Of a stretch of DNA of 64,000 nucleotides, positions 28,223 through 37,884 are shown piece by piece. A program made the position numbers and the translations under genes. Source of the DNA: a virus (lineage: Duplodnaviria; Caudoviricetes); IMG/VR virus record IMGVR_UViG_3300034061_004620. The stretch is one strand, 5' to 3'. The notes below the pieces were generated by a model. It was not told where the DNA came from. It did no database searches and saw only the letters and a program-made list of their open reading frames with translations. The first letter of the stretch is position 1. Each line of letters starts with the position of its first letter.

Positions 28223-28792
28223 TTGAAATTAGTAAAAATTGTAGTAGTAGCAGCAATGTTGGTAGCAGGTGCAGCACAAGCAGCAGGTTATACCACATTT
28301 GAGTATCATCAAGAAGAAAAACGTAGTGATTCGACCACAAGAGACAAATTTGGTATCGTAGTTGGCACCAAAACAGAAGGTGGACAAGACTACAGCATTA
28401 AACTTGATACCAACCAAAGCGCATGGGGTACAGGTAGTGTTGGTTCTGGTGTAGAAGTACGTGCCAGACAAAATTATCAATTGATTGGCAAAGTTAATTC
28501 ATATTATGGAATTAGACTTGGACAAAAATTGGGCACGGACGAAAGCTTTAGTCACTATGCAGCCGAAGCTGGTGTTAAGTTTCCGATCGCAGGTGCCTTG
28601 AGCGGAGATGTTGGTGCTCGTTATCGTGATGCATTTTCCGGCTCACAACCTTTCGACAGCACTCGCTATCATGCCATGATTTCATATGCAGTTAGTAAAT
28701 CTGATAGTGTGGGCTTGCGTTATAGCCAAGCATACGGCAACGCAGCCGAAGAGAAAAATGCTTATCGTGTAACCTGGACACACAGCTTCTAA
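28223..28792 (+). CDS. Small outer-membrane beta-barrel protein
   Basis: AAGGAG then TTG start, signal peptide ending AQA, alternating amphipathic strands, C-terminal YRVTWTHSF beta-signal. Confidence 0.75.
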   Translation: MKLVKIVVVAAMLVAGAAQAAGYTTFEYHQEEKRSDSTTRDKFGIVVGTKTEGGQDYSIKLDTNQSAWGTGSVGSGVEVRARQNYQLIGKVNSYYGIRLGQKLGTDESFSHYAAEAGVKFPIAGALSGDVGARYRDAFSGSQPFDSTRYHAMISYAVSKSDSVGLRYSQAYGNAAEEKNAYRVTWTHSF

Positions 28793-28809
28793 TCGAACCG
28801 ATAGTTAAC

Positions 28810-28833
28810 AAAAGCCCCGCAAGGGGCTTTTTT
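28810..28833 (+). terminator. Intrinsic terminator
   Basis: AAAAGCCCC-GCAA-GGGGCTTTTTT (GNRA loop, A- and T-tracts). Confidence 0.9.
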
Positions 28834-28863
28834 ATTGCCATAAATAGAGTATATAATTCAAAA

Positions 28864-29508
28864 ATGAAACGCTCTACGATAGCTTTGTTTATACACCAGC
28901 CCCGTTGTTCTGTACAATGTGCTAACGGGATGATTCGGGCTCTATCACCGCACTATGATTTTAAAATTTTTACCAAACACGAAATTGAAGACGACTTTTT
29001 CAACGATGTGGATTTGGTAGCTTTTCCTGGAGGTGACGGGGATTCTGACAGCTATGATTATTTGTTAAAACACCATGCACAAAGAATACGCAACTACGTA
29101 GCCGACGGCGGCCGATATCTGGGAATTTGTATGGGTGCATATTGGGCAGATACAGATTATTTTGGATTGTTGGATAGCGTCAGAGCTGTACAATACATAA
29201 CACAACCTAAAACTTGCACACGACGACCCCATGCCAAAGCCATGCCTATAAATTGGCGTGGTGAGCAGATAAAGATGTATTTTTATGATGGCTGCGCCTT
29301 AGTAGGTGATACCAGTAAATTTGAAACTGTGGCTACTTATTCCAACGGCGACCCTATGGCAATTATACAAGGACGCATTGGCTTAATTGGCTGTCATCCC
29401 GAAGCAGAGTACAACTGGTATCAATTACAAAGTTGGATGAAAAAAGAATGGCAAGGTTCAAAACATAGTTATCTACTGAATTTTGTTGACGAACTAATGC
29501 GTAGGTAA
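28864..29508 (+). CDS. BPL_N-like / class I glutamine-amidotransferase-fold protein
   Basis: FPGG, YLGICMGAY (nucleophile elbow Cys), GCHPE (His-x-Glu). Confidence 0.75.
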   Translation: MKRSTIALFIHQPRCSVQCANGMIRALSPHYDFKIFTKHEIEDDFFNDVDLVAFPGGDGDSDSYDYLLKHHAQRIRNYVADGGRYLGICMGAYWADTDYFGLLDSVRAVQYITQPKTCTRRPHAKAMPINWRGEQIKMYFYDGCALVGDTSKFETVATYSNGDPMAIIQGRIGLIGCHPEAEYNWYQLQSWMKKEWQGSKHSYLLNFVDELMRR

Positions 29509-29534
29509 TATAATTACAGCAACAAAGGATATAT

Positions 29535-29774
29535 ATGAATCATACATTTGATATAGACATCGAAATGATTGGGCGCATAAGCATCACTGCAACCACTAAC
29601 ATAATTGTTGCTGCTGTTGAACGACAAACTGGTCGACAAGTGTCAGATATTAAAGCAAGATACAATGACGAGAAGTTTGACGGATTTGATATTACATTTG
29701 ATCCTAAATTAAAAAGTTATCACAATTTTAAACCCTCTAAAGAATTTGTTGTGACTAATTTTGATGAGAATTAG
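29535..29774 (+). CDS. Hypothetical protein
   Basis: AAGGA SD and ATG; 79 aa; co-oriented with neighbours. Confidence 0.65.
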   Translation: MNHTFDIDIEMIGRISITATTNIIVAAVERQTGRQVSDIKARYNDEKFDGFDITFDPKLKSYHNFKPSKEFVVTNFDEN

Positions 29775-29778
29775 TTAT

Positions 29779-29807
29779 TTGACTTTTGTTAAATAAAGTG
29801 TTAAAAT
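29779..29807 (+). promoter_or_regulatory. Sigma70-type promoter
   Basis: TTGACT-N17-TAAAAT. Confidence 0.65.
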
Positions 29808-29835
29808 AATATATCAATCTAACCAAGGATATATT

Positions 29836-29985
29836 ATGTTTGAATCAATTGAAATCCGTAAAGTGGCAAATGGCTTTGTGGTTACTGTGAACATGGAAGA
29901 CGAAACTGTAGAGTACGTGTTCGACACCGCTCGCAAAGCAATGAGTCATATCAAGCAATTTATTGCACCAAAAGCAGGCGAATAA
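29836..29985 (+). CDS. Small hypothetical protein (49 aa)
   Basis: Read manually: MFESIEIRKVANGFVVTV...APKAGE, after AAGGA. Confidence 0.7.
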   Translation: MFESIEIRKVANGFVVTVNMEDETVEYVFDTARKAMSHIKQFIAPKAGE

Positions 29986-30014
29986 ATACTTTATTCAACA
30001 ATTATTGAGGATTC

Positions 30015-31052
30015 ATGTCAAAAAAAACAGTATTAGTAACCGGCGGCGCCGGATTTATTGCACATCATGTTATTGATTTAATTTTACGTAGTACGGACTG
30101 GAACGTTGTCTGTTTAGATAGATTAGATATATCTGGAAACTTAAACAGACTGGCGGATATGTTGATGTATCATAATCCGGCAACTACCAGGAGTAGAATA
30201 CGTATTGTATTTCATGACCTAAAAGCCGAAATAAACAGTCAAATCACCCAAGACATTGGACCTGTAGATATCATTTTACATCTTGCTGCAGGCAGTCATG
30301 TGGATCGCAGTATTCAATATCCCATGGAGTTTGTACAGGACAACGTGGTAGGTACTGTTAACTTATTAGATTATGCCAGAAAGAATCTCCCTAATTTGGA
30401 GAAGTTTGTATACTTTTCCACCGACGAGATATATGGGATTGCACCACCTGGTGTGGCCTATAAGGAATATGATAGATATAACAGTACCAATCCTTACTCT
30501 GCGAGTAAGGCAGCGGCCGAAGAGTTTTGTGTGGCATATGAAAACACTTACAAGATGCCCATTGTAGTTACCCATACCATGAACGTGTTTGGTGAGCGAC
30601 AACATCCAGAAAAGTTTATTCCCAGCACAATTCAAAAGGTGAGAGATGGCGAAACAGTCATTATACATTCGGATCCCTCCAGGACCGTTGCAGGAAGTAG
30701 GATGTATATCCATGCTCGTGACGTCGCTTCGGGTCTTATGTTCATACTCGGTCTCGAGAACTATACTCATAGGGGTGACTATGGCCACGCCCACTGTCCA
30801 AAATTCAACTTGGTTGGTACTGAGGAGATTGATAATCTCACTCTTGCACAAATGATTGCCAGTGCTGTGGGCAAGGAACTAAAATACGAAATGACTGACT
30901 TTCATACCAGTCGCCCCGGCCACGACATGCGTTATGCATTAGATGGTTCGCTGTTACGAGAGCTTGGGTGGGAACCTGGTATCAAATTGAGTGATCGAAT
31001 TGAAGCTATGGTACAATGGACGCTTGCCAACGACAGATGGTTACGTAAATGA
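30015..31052 (+). CDS. rfbB: dTDP-glucose 4,6-dehydratase-like protein (second copy)
   Basis: VTGGAGFIA, AAGSHVDRSI, STDEIYG, TNPYSASKAA, RPGHDMRYALD. TAAATA at 29983 and GAGG SD. Confidence 0.9.
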   Translation: MSKKTVLVTGGAGFIAHHVIDLILRSTDWNVVCLDRLDISGNLNRLADMLMYHNPATTRSRIRIVFHDLKAEINSQITQDIGPVDIILHLAAGSHVDRSIQYPMEFVQDNVVGTVNLLDYARKNLPNLEKFVYFSTDEIYGIAPPGVAYKEYDRYNSTNPYSASKAAAEEFCVAYENTYKMPIVVTHTMNVFGERQHPEKFIPSTIQKVRDGETVIIHSDPSRTVAGSRMYIHARDVASGLMFILGLENYTHRGDYGHAHCPKFNLVGTEEIDNLTLAQMIASAVGKELKYEMTDFHTSRPGHDMRYALDGSLLRELGWEPGIKLSDRIEAMVQWTLANDRWLRK

Positions 31053-31762
31053 TAAAACATTGTTTTGTAGTAACCAGTGCTATAAATTCAAAGTTTGGTG
31101 TATATACTCCAGCAGCAAGATTACAGCAAACACTAATGACACTGGCCAGTGTTAGATCTCGTGCTCCGGGATCTAAGATAATCGTAATGGAGTGCACCGG
31201 AACACCACTAACAGACGCCCAAAGTCAACTGTTAGAAGAAAATTGTGATCTTTTGGTAGATTTCAGTCGGGACTCAGATGTTCGAGCTATCTACGACAGT
31301 ACTGATAATTGGGACATTGTAAAAAACAGTACTGAAATAATGTGTTTTGGTAAAACTTTGCGTATGTGTTTGGATGACGGTGATTTTGAAGGTGTTGACA
31401 GAATACACAAGATGTCGGGTCGTTATGTGTTAAACGACAATTTTGATTTATCAGTATATGAACAACATGCTGAAAGAATAATTATTGGACCAAAAAATCA
31501 AAGTCAATTTCCTTACGAGGTAACTGGCATTGAATTGCAATACATGGCCAGACTATGGTCATGGCCAGCCAATCAAACAGAACATGTGATTCAGACTTAC
31601 ACAGACAGTTTGAACTACATAGCTCAACGTGTGGCAGCAGGAGGGTATGCCGACATTGAACATGTGCTTTATAAATTCCTGCCACCAGATCTTGTGACAG
31701 AAATACCAGTGTTAGGTGTTGAAGGCAGCATTGCGCCCAATGGAGTAGCTATTAAAAACTAA
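31049..31762 (+). CDS. Hypothetical protein in the sugar cluster
   Basis: 237-aa ORF with ATGA coupling; RIHKMSGRY motif; function unrecognised. Confidence 0.75.
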   Translation: MIKHCFVVTSAINSKFGVYTPAARLQQTLMTLASVRSRAPGSKIIVMECTGTPLTDAQSQLLEENCDLLVDFSRDSDVRAIYDSTDNWDIVKNSTEIMCFGKTLRMCLDDGDFEGVDRIHKMSGRYVLNDNFDLSVYEQHAERIIIGPKNQSQFPYEVTGIELQYMARLWSWPANQTEHVIQTYTDSLNYIAQRVAAGGYADIEHVLYKFLPPDLVTEIPVLGVEGSIAPNGVAIKN

Positions 31763-31763
31763 T

Positions 31764-32975
31764 ATGGAAAATTGTCAAGAACTTAAACATTGTTTGGCTT
31801 GCGGCAACAAAAGTTTACAATTAGAACTTACCTTAGGCAATCAGCCTCTTGCGAATAATTTTAAGAAAAACTTAGAGGAAGAGGATCATTACCCGTTGGC
31901 AGTAAACAGATGTACGCAGTGTTGTCATTTGCAATTAACTCACATAGTTGATCCTGCTATCATTTATAAAAATTATTCTTATGTGAGCGGAACAAGTCAA
32001 ACCTATAAAGATTACATGTGGTGGTTTGCTAAATGGTGTAGAGAATACAGTAACAAATGGCGAGGAAGTGTTCTTGATATAGGCTGCAATGATGGCAGTC
32101 AACTTGATTATTTTCACACCCTTGGATATAAGACTTACGGAGTAGATCCTGCAGAAAATTTATATCTAACAAGTAGTACCAAAGGACATCAAGTGGTTTG
32201 TGGATTCTGGAATGAACAATCTATAGGGAACCTGGACAACAGAAAATTTGATATAGTAGTGTCGCAGAATGCATTTGCACACAATCCAGACCCACTCGCT
32301 TACTTGAAATTGCTATCTCCGTTGTTGAACGACGATGGCTTGTTCTTTATACAAACCAGCCAAGCCAACATGGTACGTAATGGTGAGTTTGATACTATCT
32401 ATCATGAACATGTGAATTTTTACAATGTTAACAGCATGAATGAATTGTGTTGGCGAGCCGGAATGTTTTTGATTGATGTGGTCAAAACACCAATACACGG
32501 AACAAGCTACGTATTTGTTGTGAGCAATAGGGATACTGGTTGTGAACATGTGAAAAACCTCATTGCCATGGAACATGATCTGTTACAGCAAGAAACATAT
32601 ACAAAATGGGCTGTGACTGCAAAAAGTTTGACTGATCAATTTTTAGATAAGTGCGAAACTTATCGAACACAAGGATATCAACTGATAGGATATGGTGCCG
32701 CAGCTAAAGGTAACACTTTATTAAACTATGCTGGCGTGACGCTTGATTACATCATTGATGACAATCCTATAAAACAAAATACTTATAGCCCGGGCACAAA
32801 CATACCAGTGGTGGGGATAGATTTATTAAAACAATATAATGCACAAGACAAAATATTATTTGTTCCATTGGCATGGAATTTTTATAAAGAAATCAAATCT
32901 AAGATAAAAGCTGCAAGAACAAACACCAACGATAGATTTCTAAAATATTTTCCGGAGGTTGAAGTTGAAATTTGA
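31764..32975 (+). CDS. NDP-hexose C-methyltransferase-like protein
   Basis: N-terminal Zn site CLAC...CTQCCHLQL, VLDIGCNDG, FDTIYHEH, C-terminal YGAAAKGNTLLN...WNF. Confidence 0.88.
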   Translation: MENCQELKHCLACGNKSLQLELTLGNQPLANNFKKNLEEEDHYPLAVNRCTQCCHLQLTHIVDPAIIYKNYSYVSGTSQTYKDYMWWFAKWCREYSNKWRGSVLDIGCNDGSQLDYFHTLGYKTYGVDPAENLYLTSSTKGHQVVCGFWNEQSIGNLDNRKFDIVVSQNAFAHNPDPLAYLKLLSPLLNDDGLFFIQTSQANMVRNGEFDTIYHEHVNFYNVNSMNELCWRAGMFLIDVVKTPIHGTSYVFVVSNRDTGCEHVKNLIAMEHDLLQQETYTKWAVTAKSLTDQFLDKCETYRTQGYQLIGYGAAAKGNTLLNYAGVTLDYIIDDNPIKQNTYSPGTNIPVVGIDLLKQYNAQDKILFVPLAWNFYKEIKSKIKAARTNTNDRFLKYFPEVEVEI

Positions 32976-33315
32976 ATTTCCACTCATGGAACTTGTTGAT
33001 CGCTACACAATAGCGCAGGTCAAGTATGACCAAACTGGCGCTAATCTTGAAGAGTTACTGTTTTACGAACTGCAAATGGCTCACGTTGACAAAATTTTAA
33101 TTTGGGACGAACTACAGGCGTTAAAAATTTTGCATAGTAAGATATGGAGTTTAGAAGATGACTTCAAGAAATGTCGCATTGATGGTACAGACTTATCTGA
33201 GATAGGTAGGCGTGCATTGGAAATACGGGATTATAATAATGTTAGAGCACAACTAAAAAACACAGTGGCCGAAAAACTAAATGATCCTGTGAGAGAAATT
33301 AAAACAAACGTATGA
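32959..33315 (+). CDS. Hypothetical helical protein (DUF6165-like)
   Basis: ELVDRYTIAQVK...IWSLEDDF...NNVRAQLK pattern. Alternative ATG start at 32986. Confidence 0.55.
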   Translation: MKLKFEFPLMELVDRYTIAQVKYDQTGANLEELLFYELQMAHVDKILIWDELQALKILHSKIWSLEDDFKKCRIDGTDLSEIGRRALEIRDYNNVRAQLKNTVAEKLNDPVREIKTNV

Positions 33316-34187
33316 ATATTGAACGACCTTTGCAAATATTAGTAAGACGCAGAGCCGCATTAGGTGATGTGATCATGAGCACTGGTGTTGTGCGCGAACT
33401 TAGAAAAAGATACAGTTGGTGCGAAATAGACATTGCTACAGAATTTCCTAACGTGTACGACAACAACCCTCATGTAAGAGCTGTGTATCATACCAATGCA
33501 ATGCCGGACCCTGCTGCATATGATTTGTATATTAATTTGGATGATGCTTACGAACTCAATCCGCTTAATCATTATCTTGACAGCTATTTCTATCGCGCTT
33601 TTGGCATATCAACAGTGGATAATAAAACACCAGAACTGTTCCCAACAGAGGCAGATGTAGATATTGTGAATTCTTTTGTTCAAGATAACGACCTTGACAA
33701 TTACATTGTGATTCACATTAGGCAATGGCACTGGCCTTTAAAAAATATGTCGTGGGACACATGGTATGCAGTTTTCGAGCAGTTATTTACAGAACGCACA
33801 GATTTTAAAATTGTGTGCGTTGGCACTGTACAGGATGGATACGTGGAACATCCATTATTTGTTGATGCAAGAGACAAACTAAGTGTACAACAACAACGAG
33901 TATTAATGGATCAAGCTCGATGTTTTGTTGGTATTGACAGCGGTCCTTATCATATTGCTGCAACCAGCACCACACACATTATCAGTCTGCACACACACTT
34001 ATTACCAGACCGTATTGCACCTCAGCATAAACCTTACACTGCAATCAAAGCAGATATAGATTGTGTGGGATGTAATGATGTGCAACGACGACCGGTTAGA
34101 CAAGTAATATGCAAGCACGGAGATTTCCGTTGTAGTAACAGTTTTAGTGCTAAAAGAATCGCCGACAATATATTAGAAATATTATGA
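33312..34187 (+). CDS. GT9 (heptosyltransferase-like) glycosyltransferase
   Basis: RRAALGDVIMST, FVGIDSGPYHIAA. Confidence 0.85.
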   Translation: MNIERPLQILVRRRAALGDVIMSTGVVRELRKRYSWCEIDIATEFPNVYDNNPHVRAVYHTNAMPDPAAYDLYINLDDAYELNPLNHYLDSYFYRAFGISTVDNKTPELFPTEADVDIVNSFVQDNDLDNYIVIHIRQWHWPLKNMSWDTWYAVFEQLFTERTDFKIVCVGTVQDGYVEHPLFVDARDKLSVQQQRVLMDQARCFVGIDSGPYHIAATSTTHIISLHTHLLPDRIAPQHKPYTAIKADIDCVGCNDVQRRPVRQVICKHGDFRCSNSFSAKRIADNILEIL

Positions 34188-34399
34188 AATGCGGAAATTG
34201 TTGGCGCTGTCTTGAAACCGAACGGAATGAATACGGATTTCCGGCGGCCTTTGGTAGAATGATTCTGTGCCCTGACTGTGGAAACAAAAGATGTCCACAT
34301 GCAGCAGATCATAGATTAAAATGCACTGGCAGTAACGAAGTAGATCAACCAGGCAGCATGTATTCTAATTTTAATTACAGAACAGGTTATGATTTTTAG
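34184..34399 (+). CDS. Small Cys-rich (zinc-binding) hypothetical protein
   Basis: CGNCWRC...MILCPDCGNKRCPHAADH..CTGSN; coupled overlaps. Confidence 0.7.
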   Translation: MKCGNCWRCLETERNEYGFPAAFGRMILCPDCGNKRCPHAADHRLKCTGSNEVDQPGSMYSNFNYRTGYDF

Positions 34400-35138
34400 A
34401 CACTCGGGCACATTCGGAGATTTGATTTACAGTTTATCTGTGGTCAAAAAAATGGGCGGCGGCACCTTTGCTGTGCATCTTGAAAATATAGAAAATTGTG
34501 TAGCACAATATGGTTATAGGCCCGACGAAGTAGACATAGCACATCAAGGTAGATTTCGTAATCAAGATTTTGATTTATTGAGACCTTTACTATCCAGACA
34601 AAGCTACATAGATAAAGTCACAGTGTGGACTGGTGATCACGACGTGGACTTAGACAGATTCCGTGGTGTGTTGTTTAGAGGATTCGAAGGCAATTATGTT
34701 GAAGCTTATCATCACACATTTAATTTACCTTTTGATGCTGATGTTTATAACGAAACTTGGTTAGAAGCCGATACCAAGAGAGTTGCACCTGTAGTCATAA
34801 ACAGAACATTTAGATACAGATGTCCACAGGGTACAGGTACGTGGCAAGGACTGTTAGAGCAAGCCAACATCACTAAGAATGGTATATTTGTAGGAACCCA
34901 AGACGAACACACGGACTTTGTAAACAGCACAGGATTTAGTGTACAATATTATCCTGTAAAGGATTTCAAGGAACTGGCTGATATAATTGCCGGCGCAGAT
35001 CTGTTTATGGGCAATCAAAGTGCTGCTTACAGTATAGCCATGGGATTAGGCAAAGCCGCTATATTAGAAACAATCAAAATAAAACCATTACAAAACAATG
35101 AATGTTATTTCCCAAGATCAAACTGCCAGTATTTCTAA
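34389..35138 (+). CDS. GT9-like glycosyltransferase-fold protein
   Basis: HSGTFGDLIYSL and IAGADLFMGNQS...AMGLG. Confidence 0.65.
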   Translation: MIFRHSGTFGDLIYSLSVVKKMGGGTFAVHLENIENCVAQYGYRPDEVDIAHQGRFRNQDFDLLRPLLSRQSYIDKVTVWTGDHDVDLDRFRGVLFRGFEGNYVEAYHHTFNLPFDADVYNETWLEADTKRVAPVVINRTFRYRCPQGTGTWQGLLEQANITKNGIFVGTQDEHTDFVNSTGFSVQYYPVKDFKELADIIAGADLFMGNQSAAYSIAMGLGKAAILETIKIKPLQNNECYFPRSNCQYF

Positions 35139-35877
35139 GATACAAATACTATTGGTAGGTGACAATGGTATTGATCAATATCAGTATGGTACTGTCACAC
35201 GTATCAGCCCTGAAGCACCTGTTCCGGTTGTAAACTATACGCACACTGTTACTCGGCCAGGAATGGCAGCAAACGTAAAAGATAATTTAGAAAAATTAGG
35301 TTGCACAGTAGAATTTGTTCACGGTTTAAAAACTTGTGTAAAAACACGAGTGATAGATGAACGTACAAAACAACATTTAGTTAGAATAGATCAAGACAGC
35401 CCCAGTCGTGCCGTAAAAATTGACTACAATAATATAGAACAGTATAATTGTGTTATTGTAAGTGATTACAATAAAGGATCAGTAGAGTATGAGACAATTG
35501 AAAATCTTCGCAAGAGTTACTCGGGTCCAATATTTGTTGACACAAAGAAAAGCGACCTGGCCCGCTTCGAAGGCTGCTTTGTCAAGATCAACCAAGTGGA
35601 ATACGAAGCGGCTCGAACATATCCTACTGATCTTATTGTCACCCTCGGTAGAGATGGCGTAAAGTATAAAGAACATAAGTTTTCTACTCCACAAGTAGAG
35701 GCGTTTGATGTATGCGGGGCAGGTGATACTTTTTTGTCTGCTCTCGCATACAACTACGTTTTATCTAATGATATAGCGACTGCGATCAAATTTGCTACAC
35801 GAGCGGCAAGCGTCACTGTACAGCATATTGGAGTTTACAGTCCCACATTGAAAGAAATAGAAAATGACAAGACTTGA
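35098..35877 (+). CDS. PfkB-family sugar kinase, HldE/RfaE domain I-like
   Basis: LVGDNGIDQY..G...RISPEAPVPV, PGMAANV, SDYNKG, DVCGAGDTF. Confidence 0.9.
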   Translation: MNVISQDQTASISKIQILLVGDNGIDQYQYGTVTRISPEAPVPVVNYTHTVTRPGMAANVKDNLEKLGCTVEFVHGLKTCVKTRVIDERTKQHLVRIDQDSPSRAVKIDYNNIEQYNCVIVSDYNKGSVEYETIENLRKSYSGPIFVDTKKSDLARFEGCFVKINQVEYEAARTYPTDLIVTLGRDGVKYKEHKFSTPQVEAFDVCGAGDTFLSALAYNYVLSNDIATAIKFATRAASVTVQHIGVYSPTLKEIENDKT

Positions 35878-36232
35878 AGGTTTCGTTGAAAAAGGATGGG
35901 GGCATGAATTAATTTGGGCTACAAATGATCAGTACTGTGGCAAATTAATGAAGTTCAATCCAGGTGCTCGATTCAGTATGCACTTTCATGCAGAGAAAGA
36001 TGAAACTTGGTACGTGTTAAGTGGCAAGTTCATAGTAAAATATCTTGACACCAAAACAGCTCAAGAACATGAAAAAGAATTACATGTAGGTGATGTATGG
36101 CGTAACAAACCGTTGTTTCCTCATCAGCTGATTTGTGTTGATGAAGGAGTAATTATAGAAGTTTCAACACCAGATTCCGTAGAGGACAATTATCGTGTAC
36201 AACCTGGGGATAGTCAAAAGAGTAATAGTTAA
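35864..36232 (+). CDS. Cupin (sugar isomerase-like)
   Basis: KGWGHELIW, FSMHFHAEKDETWYV, PHQL, EVSTPD. Confidence 0.8.
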   Translation: MTRLEGFVEKGWGHELIWATNDQYCGKLMKFNPGARFSMHFHAEKDETWYVLSGKFIVKYLDTKTAQEHEKELHVGDVWRNKPLFPHQLICVDEGVIIEVSTPDSVEDNYRVQPGDSQKSNS

Positions 36233-36614
36233 TGGAACCTTCGATATCTTGCATCGTGGGCATATTGAAATGCTGAACTTTGCAAAAAGTCAAGGTACCT
36301 ATCTATTAGTAGCTATAGATTCAGATCGACAAGTTCAAGAACTAAAAGGCCAACATCGCCCAGTGAACAAGCAAGAAGATCGTAAATTTCAACTTGAAAA
36401 TTTAAAGGCAGTTAATGCTGTATGGATATTCGATTCACAAGAAGAACTTGCACATATCTGTAAAATTTATAAACCACATTTAATGGTCAAAGGCACTGAC
36501 TATTATGGTAAACAAATTACCGGCCGTGAATACTGCGAAGACATCAAGTACTTTGATCTTGTAAAAAATTATTCAACGAGTAAAATAATTGAAAATATTA
36601 ATAACCGGAAGTAG
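36195..36614 (+). CDS. Nucleotidyltransferase, HldE/RfaE domain II-like
   Basis: NGTFDILHRGH, DSD..V..LKG..RP, VKGTDY, STSKII. Exact start uncertain. Confidence 0.88.
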   Translation: MYNLGIVKRVIVNGTFDILHRGHIEMLNFAKSQGTYLLVAIDSDRQVQELKGQHRPVNKQEDRKFQLENLKAVNAVWIFDSQEELAHICKIYKPHLMVKGTDYYGKQITGREYCEDIKYFDLVKNYSTSKIIENINNRK

Positions 36615-37374
36615 AGGCTTTATTGGAAGCCATGCTGTAAGTTTCTGGCACAAAATTAGTGGCCATGAGATTTATACCTATGAGTGGGATGAACGTACAT
36701 TACCACGTATTGAAGGATTAGATTGGGTATTTCACTTTGGTGCTATTAGTAGCACCACTGAACGTGATGTTGCAAAGGTAATGCGACAAAACTACGACTT
36801 TAGCGTTTGGTTATACGAGGAGTGTAGAAAGCATGACGTCAATCTTCAATGGTCGAGTTCTGCGAGCGTTTATGGCCATGGTACAGTTTTTAGCGAGTCC
36901 GCCCCCGTGGATCCCAGGAGTCCCTATGCATGGTCTAAATACCTATTCGAACGTTACGTTGATAGTCATCCGACGCATGTTCGGTGCCAGGGATTTAGGT
37001 ACTTTAATGTCCATGGTGCAAACGAAATGCACAAAGGCACCCAAGCCAGTCCGCATTATCAGTTTGCTGTTCAAGCTCAATCCACTGGTATTATAAAAAT
37101 ATTCGAAGGTAGCGATCATTTCCACAGGGACTTTGTTCCTGTCGATCAAGTGTTAGGTGTTCAGTTCCAATTTATTAATCAAGATATAGATGAGAATGGT
37201 GTTTGGAATGTAGGCACAGGAACTACTCGATCATTTGCAGATGTTGCACGAGACATAGCCAATCAATACGGGGCATTGATTCAACGAATACCATTTCCTG
37301 AACATTTGAGCTATAGTTACCAACGATATACTTGTGCAGACTTAACAAAATTACAACAAACTATTCGGACTTGA
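36589..37374 (+). CDS. hldD: ADP-L-glycero-D-manno-heptose 6-epimerase-like protein
   Basis: TGSRGFIG, FHFGAISSTTE, NYDFS, SSASVYG, YAWSK, RYFNVHG..E.HKG, RDFV, YQRYTCADLTKL. Confidence 0.8.
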   Translation: MKILITGSRGFIGSHAVSFWHKISGHEIYTYEWDERTLPRIEGLDWVFHFGAISSTTERDVAKVMRQNYDFSVWLYEECRKHDVNLQWSSSASVYGHGTVFSESAPVDPRSPYAWSKYLFERYVDSHPTHVRCQGFRYFNVHGANEMHKGTQASPHYQFAVQAQSTGIIKIFEGSDHFHRDFVPVDQVLGVQFQFINQDIDENGVWNVGTGTTRSFADVARDIANQYGALIQRIPFPEHLSYSYQRYTCADLTKLQQTIRT

Positions 37375-37399
37375 CAAATAAGGTTGTATCAGATACAAT
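37371..37399 (+). promoter_or_regulatory. Sigma70-type promoter
   Basis: TTGACA-N17-TACAAT. Confidence 0.75.
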
Positions 37400-37407
37400 A
37401 GCGAGCT

Positions 37408-37884
37408 ATGAAATATTTTGCTTACGGAATGAACACTAATTTAGAACAAATGGGACGCCGTTGTCCGACGGCTATCTGTTTGGGTCCTGCGTGTATTGAA
37501 GACTATGAATTGGTGTTCCGTACTCACGCCGACATAGCAGAATCCCCGGGCAGCATTTGTTATGGTGTTCTTTGGGACATCACAAAAGCAGATTTACAAG
37601 CATTAGATATGCTCGAAGGATATCCTTACTACTATACAAGATTTCGTGTGCGTGTAAATCTTGGAGATCATTTTGTGTATGCATTAACATACCAAATGAA
37701 TGATCAAACTTACGTTCAAGAACCCGGCGCAGGGTATTTAGAAATGGTGCGCGAAGGGTATCAAGAAAACAGCGTACCCACTTGTCAAATTGACCATGCA
37801 ATAAATATGGTATGCTCTTCATCAATCGGGACGAAAATGGAATATCCTACTACATGGTTACCAACGACGCAGGACTGTGTCTAA
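37408..37884 (+). CDS. Gamma-glutamylcyclotransferase (AIG2-like) family protein
   Basis: YFAYGMN, GVLW, LDMLEGYP..Y. Confidence 0.88.
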   Translation: MKYFAYGMNTNLEQMGRRCPTAICLGPACIEDYELVFRTHADIAESPGSICYGVLWDITKADLQALDMLEGYPYYYTRFRVRVNLGDHFVYALTYQMNDQTYVQEPGAGYLEMVREGYQENSVPTCQIDHAINMVCSSSIGTKMEYPTTWLPTTQDCV

